A DNA stretch of 64,000 bases from Felis catus. Its lineage: Eukaryota. A program made the translations under genes and the position numbers. The stretch covers positions 24,926,001 through 24,990,000 of the forward strand of contig NC_058368.1 in assembly GCF_018350175.1 (NCBI RefSeq), given 5' to 3'. Below, one piece after another: positions 22,983 through 34,849 of the stretch. The notes below the pieces were generated by a model that had not been told where the DNA came from, did not search any database, and saw nothing but the letters and a program-made list of their open reading frames with translations. Position 1 is the stretch's first letter. Each line of letters starts with the position of its first letter.

Positions 22983-25900
22983 TCTGTTGTGGTATTTATT
23001 TGCCTTTGAGGGCCCAAATTTTTAGAATGAAAATTCTAATTAAGTCATATTAATTGGTAACTTACTTTTAAAGTAATAAATTAATATATATGAGTAAATG
23101 CTTTTCATGTATTGCAGGTTTGTGTATATATTTAGACAAACAGGATTTAAAACATATTTTGTCTTCCTTGCAAACATGAAGCATTTTGTCTATGCCAATC
23201 ATGAATGTTTCAGTAATAATATTTAGGTAACTTATTATTGATGACTACTGATGGAAGCTCCTAGATAGATGGTCGGAAGAATTCCTATTCCTTTCAATTA
23301 GAAAAGTTCAAGTCCTACTTTTTCCCTTTGCCTCAGATTTTTTTTTCTGTCCACGACCTCCCTATAACATAGACTTGGTGTTCAAAGTCAGTGCAGTTTT
23401 GAGAGGAGGTCTGATACTGTTGGATGCTGAGAATATGACTTTTATTTCTTTGCTGTTTTCCCCTAAGTTGGGAGACTCAACAGTAGCTAAAAGCAAAGTT
23501 CTAGTGATAATCACTACGTAGGGTGAATCTTGACTAGTTCTTGATGTCACCGGTACAAGCAGCTTTGTCTCTGTGGGAAAGAGTGACAAGAATACAAGAA
23601 GGGGTGTACGATTCAGTCATTAGTCCTCACTTGAATATCTTTGACATATAGTCTGAACCTTTTGAAATCTTCAAAGTTGATGTTAATGATCTAGCATTAG
23701 AGAGAAGCTATGGTTTTCAGTGGTAGGTCGGGGGGTAGTGGAGTCCTGATCCAAGCAACAGATTACAGAGCAGGAAGGAGCCCTCAGAAAAACAAGAAGG
23801 GAGATGCTAGATGACCAGTGTTTTAGGTATAATAATAAATAGCTTCTTGCCTCGATTATGGAAAGCACTACCATTAATTTTTTTTTTTTTTTTTTTTTGG
23901 AGGAGGGTGTGTTGGAAGTGTTGGCATGCGGAGATATATAGGAGTTTTGTGAGCAGAACTATTTCCTTCGAGAGTGGAGGGAAATACGTTAAGGTTAGGG
24001 TTAGTCTTCTTGAGGCAGTGTGGTGGGGTGGTGTGCCTGTTTTCCAAGTTCTAAATAACTGGTAATAGCTAATAAGGAACTTCTAGAACTCCTTCAGTTT
24101 TCAGTTTATTAATAAATGTTTTAAAAATTGAATTAGTGAATGAGGATTATAATGTGCATCTATGTATTAGTACTTATAATAACATATAATGAAACTTTAA
24201 ATATGCTTTTGTTCTAAACGTTCCCTATATATTTTGTGACATACTCACTTTTTATTGCCTCCTGCTCTGATATAAATTGTAAAAAAGTGGTTTTCTCAGT
24301 TAATCAAAGCTCTACGTTTTCTAGATCTTTCCTCAGCTCCCTTTATCTTGGCTTTCAGCTTTATAAAGAACATTTTAGTTTGGTAAATCAAATGGGTACA
24401 TCAAATTTTACCAACTTTTACTCTGTAAATTCTCATTTGGGCTGAGAATGAAATCAAAGATTATCTTACAGTAGTAACTGTTGGATGTACAGTTGGGTGT
24501 AAAGTTCCTTACTCGGAGAACACTTGACACATATGTGATTTCATGTTGCAGCAAATTCTTATTTATGGGACACTCTATGCTAATTTTTAAAAATTTGTAA
24601 CTAAAATTATTTTCTGAATTCTTTGAATCACTAAATATTAATTAATAAAATGGTTGTATTTTATATTAAAGAATAAGACTGTACCTTTTTTTCCAATTTA
24701 AAACTACTCTATCATTTCCTATTTTTCTCTTGGTTCATTATCTTTTGTTCATTTGTCAAATGTTGTCCTTATTCTTAGGATTCTTTTAAAAATGTGACCT
24801 GAAAAGAAGTATCTAACTAAACCAAATATTGTTTATAATTTTTTTAAAGTTTTGATTTGGTACTCTCATGATTTAATTTCCTTTCAAATTATATATCTTT
24901 ATTTTGAAACCACATTAAAGAGCTTTTTGAATTTGTGAACTTCATGGAGAACAGTTCTATACCAAATGGAACTTTTGCCTCTTTGGCTGCGATTGTTCAT
25001 TCTAGTAACTTTTGACTATGATAAGATTTCAGCTATTTAGATTGTATGAAATTTGAATGGGTTAGTGGTTTTTTTGGAGTCTTAGTTAGGCAGCTCTTAC
25101 CCAATTCCCAGAGTGATGTACTAAGTTGTTCTAGATCTGGAATTTAATATTGTTTTCTAATGTATATCATAATACTGTTATCTGACGTTTTCATTTCCAG
25201 TTGAATCACCTGATTATATACTTGGATTTGTTTTGTTATGGTTTCAGTTTTAAATGTTTTATTTACTTTTGTAAAATATTTGTACAATTTGTCTTTCTTA
25301 TTTCTAAATGGTAAGGTAGCCTGTTCATCACTTTTAGCATCTTTGATTTTTATGTCAGTGTGGTATATAAATTATAGAAACATCTTGACTTCTAGTTCTG
25401 TAGCCTGTTCCATTTTGAAAGAAAGTCATTTTATCAACATTGACTTTTTTTATATATGTATATAATTGGAAAATAAATGTCCTTGAATAGACTGCTCTTT
25501 TTTAAGGTCTGTAAGGTGGAGAAAATACTTAAATAGTTTTCACTTTTCTCCCAAGCTGCTTTTTGGAATATACCTAATGTCATGAACCGTATAAAGCGTA
25601 ATTTCTGCTATCACCTGATCTTATTTCCTGTTCTCTTTGACATAGCTTTTCCCGTTAAGTAGTTGATAGAGAATGATAGTACAACTTTTCCTTGAAGGAT
25701 AGTTAACTAAGTTTTGAAACTTTTATAAGGAACGTAAAAACTAAACATTTTACAGTGTGTTTTCTGAGGTTGAATGTACTTTGAAAACTGTATGAGTAGA
25801 ATATTATTCATTCTGCAGAAGAGGTAAAATTGTAGCCAACAGGTTCCAAAGTTGTTATAAATTTACTAAGAAGGTATGCCTTAGAAGATACCAACTGTTT

Positions 25901-26073
25901 ACCTCTGTTTACCTGTGACCTCTCCGGTGCCTTTTTTCTCCTGAGAAAAATTCCCCATAATTTTGCAGTGTGATCTACAGCTTTATCTACATGTAAGCTA
26001 TAGGCTCAGTTAATTTAAAATGGAAGAATTTTACAGTTTTGCCTCTCTCTCTTTTTGGTTAAAGTAGTACAAA

Positions 26074-26190
26074 ATGTCAAAAATTAGAAGGAAGGTCACA
26101 GTGGAAAATACCAAGACCATATCTGATAGCACATCCCGAAGACCCAGTGTATTTGAGAGGCTCGGACCCAGCACTGGCAGTACAGCAGAG
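26074..26190 (+). CDS. ZC3H13: ZC3H13 exon 2 coding part (start codon); exon begins at 26065 or 26068
   Basis: aaaATG; MSKIRRKVTVENTKTISDSTSRRPSVFERLGPSTGSTAE|gtgagt matches the recalled ZC3H13 N-terminus. Confidence 0.95.
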
Positions 26191-26499
26191 GTGAGTTGTC
26201 ACTAGAACAGTCACAGGGGTTGTCTTATAATCCTATTCTTGAAATACTGATTTGTATCGTAAAGGTGAACAGGTTATTGTATTGGAGGAATGTTCAGTAA
26301 ATTTTTAAAACTGAGTAGCATAAAGAGGAGTGAGAAGAGTCACAGTTTTCATGTTTTTTTCCCTGGTATTTTTATTGTTTGGGGGATAATGTATCTCAGG
26401 TTATCTGGAGTTTTGGTAGAATTTGTTTTAATTTTGTCCCTGTAGCGTCGTTTATCCAGAAATAAATCTGAAATTTACATAGTAATATCTGTCTCTTAG

Positions 26500-26609
26500 A
26501 CACAGTGCCGTAATTGGCTGAAGACTGGCAACTGCCTCTATGGAAACACATGTAGATTCGTACATGGCCCTTCACCCCGTGGTAAAGGTTATAGCAGCAA
26601 TTATAGAAG
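26500..26609 (+). CDS. ZC3H13: ZC3H13 exon 3, CCCH zinc finger, 110 nt, phase 0-2
   Basis: cttag|ACA...AG|gtaaat; TQCRNWLKTGNCLYGNTCRFVHGPSPRGKGYSSNYR = C-x8-C-x5-C-x3-H. Confidence 0.96.
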
Positions 26610-29172
26610 GTAAATTAAGAACTTTGAATCGTTCATATACTGTTAGAAGATGGCTTTTGTAATTTATCTAGTATAAAAATCTGAAATACAAACATATTTG
26701 ATCAGATTTTCTCTTTTGGTGGTAGATCAACGAGATCTTTCTAGTTGTTAATTTCAAGATTAATAAAATGTATGCTTTAAAATTATTTGCTCAGTATTTA
26801 CTGTTTTTGCCAACAGATTTTTTTTGTATGTATGACTTACCCCCCCCCATTATGTATTAAAATGGTTTAAGATAGAATTTTATGGATTTATTTTTACTGA
26901 GGGGAGACTTTTTAACTCTTAAAATATTAAAATTTGAAATGGATATAACTTTAGCTTTTTAAGATGTTCTGAATTCAAATCTTAATGACAAAAGACAATC
27001 CACTGCAGACTCTGTAGATTAAAATGCATTTGCCAAATCTCTAAACTGTGTATTAATGTAAAATATGTATTTATATGTGGATAAAGGTACTACTACCTAT
27101 TTAGAACATCTTTTTTGCCTTTGATAAAGGCAAAGCTAAATGAAATTTTTCAATAAAGCCCTTTTATTTTTCTTCCAGTTCAGTTCAGGATTTTGTTATT
27201 GTGTTTAAATATGTAACATATGTAAAGATTGTCACAAAAGCAGTTTAAACTTGATTGGTAAACAAATAATTAACCAAGTCGTAAAATTGAATGTGCTGAT
27301 TGCCTTGGCTACAGCAAGAGTGTAAAAATCAAACATTAGCATTTGCAGTTTTTTTTTTAATAAGTGAATTGATGTGTGTGTGTGTGTATAGATTTTGAGG
27401 CCTCATAGAATTTAAAATTCAAACGCTGAACTGGCTTTCTGTTCATGTAAACATACATTTTAGCTTACTTGTGATGCTGAATACTCTGTTTTATTTGTAT
27501 TTAGATTGGCATCTGTGCCCTCTGTTAATGTGGGAAAACCACTTCTTTTATATGTTTAAGTATCTGTATAAATACACACCTGGGTAAAGTGTTTCAATAA
27601 TTTTAATGTTTTGTTTATGTTATTACCACACTTTAATACATACTTTAATTCATCTGTGAAATTCGTTGTTAACTGACAGAAAATTTTTATAGAAGGGGTA
27701 ATTTTGAGGAAAATGGGCGGAGAAATTGGCCTAAAATGGAAAAATACAGTGTCATTACTAGACTTGGAATAAAGGATTTTTTAATTTTGTGCATGTTTTT
27801 CCATTTGATAACCCTCTTTGGCTTTGTCTTTTTTTCCTTTTTTTTTATAGGGAAGAGAATGTAGTTCGTAATGTGATTCAAAGATGGAAAGAAAACCCGT
27901 GTATTTCAGAAACGCTTTTTTAGTCACGAGATATTTAAGTCATTTATTGAGCATTCACTGTATGTAGAGCACTCAAGTGCTGTTTAGGATAGAAACAAGT
28001 TCATAATAAATTGTCTTATTATATAAAGGAAACCAGGGCACAGAAGATTTACATGTACATCATAATTAAAATTTAAAGCCTTTAAGTACTGGTTCGTAAT
28101 AAGTTTCACTTTCAAGGTCAGATTTAACTGTTAAAGCGTTTAATATAGTCTTATAAAATATACATATAAATATTAACGAGAGCCTGTAACAGGAATTAAC
28201 TGAATTATTTCTTCATTAATCATTTGTTTTGTATTGATTGATAAAAGAATTGATTTGCTTGATCAACTATTACTTGAAATAGATGTAAATGTCTATGTGA
28301 TTTCTTTTTATCTTTAAAAATATATATACGGTATTTTTTGTTAGCCAGTGAGGGACATACCACTCCTTGACTTCTGTTGCTCTTTTTTAAAGATCCTCTA
28401 GGAATATTCTTTAAAGATAAGTGTTTTCCATCTCTGCTTTGTTTTCTTAACAATGGTGTGAAAATAATTGGATAGCTGTTTATCGAACTTTCAATATAAG
28501 TTATTAAGGTTTACAGTGTTGAATATAAATATGTATGATTTTCCTTAATTAAAGGAACTCCGCTGCCTAAATCTTGCTTTGAATCCTTTAACTATTTTCT
28601 GTTCTGAAACAATATCAAATTTAAGAAGAGTTAAAAGAATAACAGAAAAATCCTATATTTGCCATGATTCTTGAGGTGGGTAATTCTCAGTTGTTGGCAT
28701 TGCATCCAACCACATACGTGTATATATGAAAATACCGCTAATGTTGCCTTTTGATTAATTTTACAACGTTGGGGTTTAAAACTTTATCTTCTGACTTTTT
28801 ACTTCAAATACAAGTAATACATTTATGTGATTTTTAGAAAAACAAGCTGTTAATTACAAATTCTTTTTTCTCAGCTCACATGCAGTTTCTTATTCTTATC
28901 ACTAGTACCTGCCTCCCCATGGAATTTTAATGTATACACTTCTGGTTGGTATTGGGAGAAAACTTGTAAGTGATGCTCGTATTATTTATATATTAATATT
29001 TAAGCTCAAGCAAATTAATTATTTTTCTGAACATCAGGAGCCATGGACAGTTAGAAAATTTTTATTGATTTGTGAGGTATTTCTGTAAATATAGTCTTAT
29101 AAGTGTTATATGAATATAGATCTTTGTTGTTTTGTTTTGTTTTTCTTTTGTTTTTGTTTTTTCGGTTCAAAG

Positions 29173-29284
29173 GTCACCAGAAAGACCTACAGGGGATCTT
29201 AGAGAAAGAATGAAGAATAAGCGCCAAGATGTGGACACTGAGTCCCAGAAACGAAACACAGAGGAGTCATCCTCACCTGTTAGG
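29173..29284 (+). CDS. ZC3H13: ZC3H13 exon 4, 112 nt, phase 2-0
   Basis: caaag|G TCA...AGG|gtagga; SPERPTGDLRERMKNKRQDVDTESQKRNTEESSSPVR. Confidence 0.94.
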
Positions 29285-29939
29285 GTAGGAATGAATTTCC
29301 CAAAACAAAGTTTAATTTCGGTAGTGATTTATTATTTACGTTCCACTCAAAATAGTATCTTGGGTGCTAAATATATGGTAAATGTGTAATACCAGGTTAT
29401 AACGTTTTATGTGAATAATGTAATTTAGAGGAAAAACATCCTCTGGGAAAACTCCTAATTCTCTGAATTAGTTCTTGATGGTAGTTAATTAAGGTGAAGG
29501 GAATTGGTTAGCAGAGCCCAAGCTGAACTTCATAGGATTTCTGTATCTTGGTGGGCATCCTGAGCATCTAAAAGTATTCTGAAGTTTTCAGAATTCAGTC
29601 AGTTGTCCTATCCTGCTTGCTTCTAAGAAAGATTGAAGTGGGTTACAGTAGAACACTTAGAAATTAAAACAGTGAAAGCAGGCGTGGTGGTGATGGAAGC
29701 TGAACTAGAGAACTTAGGTGAAGGAAAGCACATGTGACCACAAATTCAGTGGTGAATTTCCTGGTAATGAAGCCAGAAGAGAAATATCATTGATGATTAT
29801 ATATAATTTGGTGATTGTATAAGTATATAAATTTATATCAATATATAAATCGATGCTTCAGTATAACTTACTGAATAAAAGAAGACATCAGTTTTTCAGA
29901 AATGGAAATCTCTTCCTGAGTTAATTTTTTTTAAGAAAT

Positions 29940-30909
29940 TTATGTGTATGTGTAACGGATTATTGAGATATAACTCACATATCATACGGTTCATCCATTT
30001 CAAGTGTACATTTCAGTGGTTTTTTTGTATATTCCCAGAGTCAGGCAACCATCACCACAGTCAATTTTGGAACATTTTCATCACCCTGAAAAGAAACCCC
30101 GTACCCTTTAGTGGTCACACTTGTATCATTCAACTGACCACCAGCCCTAGGTGACCACTATTCCACTTATGATCACTATAGATTTGCCTGCTGTGGATAT
30201 TTCAAATGCTGGAGTTACGCAATATGTGGTTTTGTTTTTGCCTAGTGTCTTTCACTTAACATAGAGTTTTCAAGGTTCATGAAAGACTATAGGATACATC
30301 AATATTTTATTCCTTGTTTTTGCCAAATAATATTCCATTGTATTAACATATCATGTTTATCCATTCATTAGTAGATGAACATTTGGGTTGTTTCCACTTT
30401 TTGGCTTTTAGGTATAATGCTGCTATGAACATCCATACACAATTTTTTGAGTGGACACATGTTTTCATTTCTCTTGGATTTATATCCTGGAGTAGAATTG
30501 CTGCATCATACAGCAACTCTATGTTTAATTTTTTGAGCAACTGCTAGATTGTTTTCCGAAGCAGCTACACCATTTTACATTCTTGTCAGCAGTGTAGGAG
30601 GTTTTCAATTCTCTATGTCTTTATCAGCATTTGCTATTATCTAAGTCGTCGATTATAGCCATCTTAATGGATGTGACATGGTAATCTAATTGTAGTTTTT
30701 GCAATTCCCTGATGGCTAATGATACTGAATATCGTCTCCTGTGCTTATTGGCGACCTGCATACCTTCTCAGGAGACATGTTCATTCAAATCCTTTGCCTA
30801 TGTTTTAATTGGGTTGTCCTTTTATTGTTGATTTGTAACAACTCTATATATTTAAAAAAATTTTTTTAATGTTTATTTTTGAGAGAGAGACAGCATGAGT
30901 GGGGGAGGA

Positions 30910-30951
<42 letters not shown>

Positions 30952-31400
30952 TCTGAAGCAGGCTCAGGCTCTGAGCTGTCAGGACAGAGCCCAACGTGGG
31001 GCTCTAACTCTCAAACCATGAGATCATGACCTGAGCTGAAGTCGGACTGAGCCACCCAGGTGCCCCTTCAACTCTATGTATTTTAGATACAAATTCCTTA
31101 CATACGATTTTTAAAAGTTTTCTTCCATTCTTTGGGTTATCTTTTTATGTTCTTGATGATGTCCTTTAAAGCACAAATGTTTTTAATTTGATGAAATCCA
31201 GTTTATCTGTGTTTTTGTTGTTGTTTGTGCTTTAGGTGTCTTATTTAAGAAACCATTGTCTAATTCAGGGTCACAAAGATTTATGCCGTGTTTTCTTCAA
31301 AGAATCTTAGAGCTTTAGGTTTGATCCATTTTGAATTAATTTTTATGTATGGTCCAGCCTTATTCTTTTTCATGTGGATATTTTAGTTGTCTCATATTAT
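29940..31400 (-). mobile_element. L1 3' portion (L1MB-like) interrupted by a SINE
   Basis: Reverse ORF2 C-terminal remnants (track ORF 30343-30540: LKKLNIELLYDAAILL...KKWKQPKC). Confidence 0.87.
30853..31066 (-). mobile_element. SINEC_Fc nested in L1
   Basis: TSD CAACTCTAT(A/G)TATTT. Confidence 0.9.
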
Positions 31401-31817
31401 AATCTTTTTATTAAGATTATTGTTTAAACAGAAACGTTTCTGATAATTTAAACTTTATAGAAGCTTTCCTGTGATTGTCTTTGATCCTTGATAAAAAAGC
31501 TGTGTTACAGTTTCACATTATAGTTTGTAGAGACTTCTCTTTGGGAACCTAAAGTAGTACAGTTTTAAGTTTGTAGCTTCTAACGTCTGATATGATCCGT
31601 AATACTGCTTTAGAAATCTCAAAGTGTACTTCTCAGCTACAGGTGTGTATCAGAAGGTTTTTAGAGGATAGTCTTTTGCAAAATACATGCTGATACTCTA
31701 CCCCTGATCTGCTGAATGAGAGTTTCTGGATAGAGGCTGAAAATTGCATTTTGCATTTTGCAAATTTTGCATATTGCATTTTGAAATAACTGATTATTCA
31801 GAATAAGGAGCGAACTT

Positions 31818-32498
31818 GTGGTTTGCTAGTAATGTGTAACAACCACTTCAACCACTTGGGGTGTGGGGAGCCATGCTTTGTAGGATTTGTCAGTTTCTTT
31901 GGTGTAAGTGCTCCCATCGTGCTCAGTCTCAAGCTGGCAAAGTGATATCACTGAATACAGAGTTGAGAAGAGATACTCGTTTTCACACCATTATATAGTA
32001 TTATTCACATGTATGTCACACACAGATGTATATACACATATATAATAAATGTAATTAACCTCAAGTAAAATGTACTAAAATATTTAGGAAGTGAGTTTCG
32101 AATAAGTAGTACCTTTGTTTTTATTATTTGTCAGCTTATATGCTTTAATTTTTTTTAATTTTCTTTTTTTAATGTTTATTTATTTTGAGAGAGAGAGGGA
32201 GAGACAGAGCACTAGCAGGGAAGGGGCAGAGAGAGAGGGAGACCCAGAATCCAAAGCAGGCTCCAGGCTCTGAGCTGTCAGCACAGAGCCTGATGTGAGG
32301 CTCAAAGTCCCAAACAGTGAGATCATGACCTGAGCCGAAGTCAGACGCCCAACCGACCGAACCACCCATAAGGCCCATAAGGCTTCCCTATGATTTAATT
32401 TTTAATCATAGCTCCATTTAACAGTGGCTTGTGCAGTTCCTAAAAATTTAACAGTTGGCTCTTGTGAGTCAGTGTGGACCTGACTCTAGCACACCACT
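31818..32498. mobile_element. hAT-Blackjack MITE (MER63-like) interrupted by a SINE
   Basis: Imperfect TIRs gtggtttgctag / ctagcacaccac; cactgaatacagagttgagaagagat motif. Confidence 0.65.
32160..32376 (-). mobile_element. SINEC_Fc
   Basis: Reverse SINE body and tail. Confidence 0.87.
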
Positions 32499-32909
32499 AA
32501 ATGGGCTGTAGTTTTAAAGGGCAAACATCTGGAATTCGTATTCTGAAGACATTATTTTAGGAATTGTTTTTTAACTTTACTGTCAGTTTCCTTATCTGTA
32601 AAATGGAGTTGATGGCTATATCAATGTGTTACTGTGAAGAAAATACATGTAAAACAAAGAAGCATGAGTGGCTGGTCCATGGTGACTGTTGGAAAATGGT
32701 ACGGACAGGGGTGAGAATAGCTCTCAGCCTTCCTGTCTAATATAAATTGGCTTTAGGCCCTTTAAAGGAGATGAACATCAGCTTTGGAGATTTAGGTTGT
32801 TAACAGATACCTAAATCTAAGTGTGTTGCTGATCATAAAGGTTTACATGTTCAGCATTATCGGTTTAGTAGACAGCTAAGTTGACATTACATTAAGAAAT
32901 TTAAAGCCT

Positions 32910-33088
32910 GGGGCACCTGGGTATTTCAGCCAATTGAGTGTCAGACTTTGGCTCAGGTCATGATCTCACAGTTCATGAGTTCCAGCCTCGTGTCCGGCTC
33001 TCTACTGTCAACGCAGAGCCCACTTTGGTTCCTCTGTCTCCCTTGCTCTCTGCACCCCTGTCTTAAAAACAAACATTAAAAAAAAATT
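32910..33088 (+). mobile_element. CAN-SINE (degenerate)
   Basis: TSD AAATTTAA(A)GCCTG. Confidence 0.8.
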
Positions 33089-34029
33089 TAAGCCTGATTT
33101 ACTTTCTCTAGAAGAGAAAGCCTTCAAAGGTGCTGAATGCCATGCATACCTAAGGGTTATAGTTAGAAGATTCAAGAGTGATAAGGTTTTAGGAAATTGA
33201 CTATCCAAACTTAGAGAAGACTGTTAATAAGCTAGGATACCGGGGTATTAACTATTTAGAGTGATCTGTATGGCAGGATAACAAGTGCTGTTCGTTTCTG
33301 TGATGTTCCTACTGCAGCACATGGGCCTGCTGATCTTAATGTAATAAATTTCTATGGGAAAGTCATTTAGTTTAGGTAGGGGCACCTATAGGTTAGATAA
33401 CAGTGTCGCTAAGATAGGTTGTGTGTGATTTTTCACAAAATAACTATAATTCTACCCCTTCTGTCCCACTGAATCCAGCTCCAGTGTGTCTGAGTTATGA
33501 GGTGGATAACCCATGATCTTGTGGGGAGACATTCATCAATAGATAAATTGTAATTCTATAAAGTACGATAGTATGACAGAGAGATGAATAAAACACACAG
33601 TGGAGAGAGTAAATACCTCCATGGGGAACCACAGAACATTTCGCAGAGGGAAAGGATATTTGCCCTGAGTGTTGAAGGATAGGTAGGATGAAAGAGGGGA
33701 CAGTGAAAGTTTAGGAAGAGGAAAAAACCAACACACTAACAATAAGGAGTTTTAAAGGACTAGTGTGTTTGAGAATCTGTGAAGATATGTGTTCAAAGAA
33801 TGGAAATTATAGCATGTGAATGTGTGATAAGGGCTGAAGAGGTGGATTAGGTCGATCAGATTGTGAATAGTCGTAATGTGTCAGTCAGGGTTTGGCAAGA
33901 GAAAAAAGATTTGTACTCCAGGAATCTATTCTTGTTCACAGATTCGCCTCTAGACCCTGCAACTAGTAAGTTCACTTAATGAATGAAGAGTGATTCTGAT
34001 GTGTAGCCAGTGTTTGGACCTCTGGTGGT

Positions 34030-34335
34030 CTGGGGCATCTGTGCTCCAGTGGGGCTGCTGAACACTTGAAATGGGGCTAGTCTGAATTGAGCTGTTCGTA
34101 AGTGTAAAATACGTAGTGAATTTCAAAGCCTTGATATGTAAAATGAAAGTCAAGTGGCTCATTAATAATTTTTGTTTACATGTTGAAATGACAATGTTTT
34201 GGATAGACTGGGTTAAAGATATCAGAATTTTAATTTTCCCTGTTTCTTTTTTCTTTTTAATATGGAAACAATAATATCCGAAATTACATATGTGGCTCGT
34301 GTAACATTTTTATTGCAAAGAATGGGTTTGGGCAA
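34030..34335. mobile_element. MER33-like MITE, second copy
   Basis: Similar to 7268-7572 (gaacacttgaaatg...ctgaattgag...gtaaaatac). Confidence 0.7.
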
Positions 34336-34849
34336 TCTGAACCAAATTTAACACAATGGAACTAAATTTAACACAGAGGCGTGAGGTAGAGTCAGTAGGA
34401 TTTGATGACCAAAAGAATGAGTGGAGGGGACATGTTAAGCCTAAGTAGGTTTTCGATGCCGTTAAGTAAGATGGGGAAGACAGTGAGTTGAGTTGTGGCC
34501 CCTTTTGTGTACTAGGCTTATATCACGGACAAGTAATTTTTGGCACTATTTTCAGTACTTGTACGGATGCTAGTATGCTATTAGAGTCCCTGTTGACATT
34601 CAGTTGCATTATCTTATGTTTAATAGTTCCAGAATAACAATAATATCACTAATAATATTACTGAGAACAGTTTAAGATTTCTTTGTAGTTCTTAGGATAT
34701 ATCCCATTAGGGAAATACCTGTGAAATCTGTTAAGGACATATAATCAAATTATTGTATGTCAAGTCACTTGAAACAGTTCTTCTCTGAGGTCAAACCACA
34801 AAATTGATAACGGTTGCATTGCTTTATTTAATTTTGATTTTTGTTCTAG

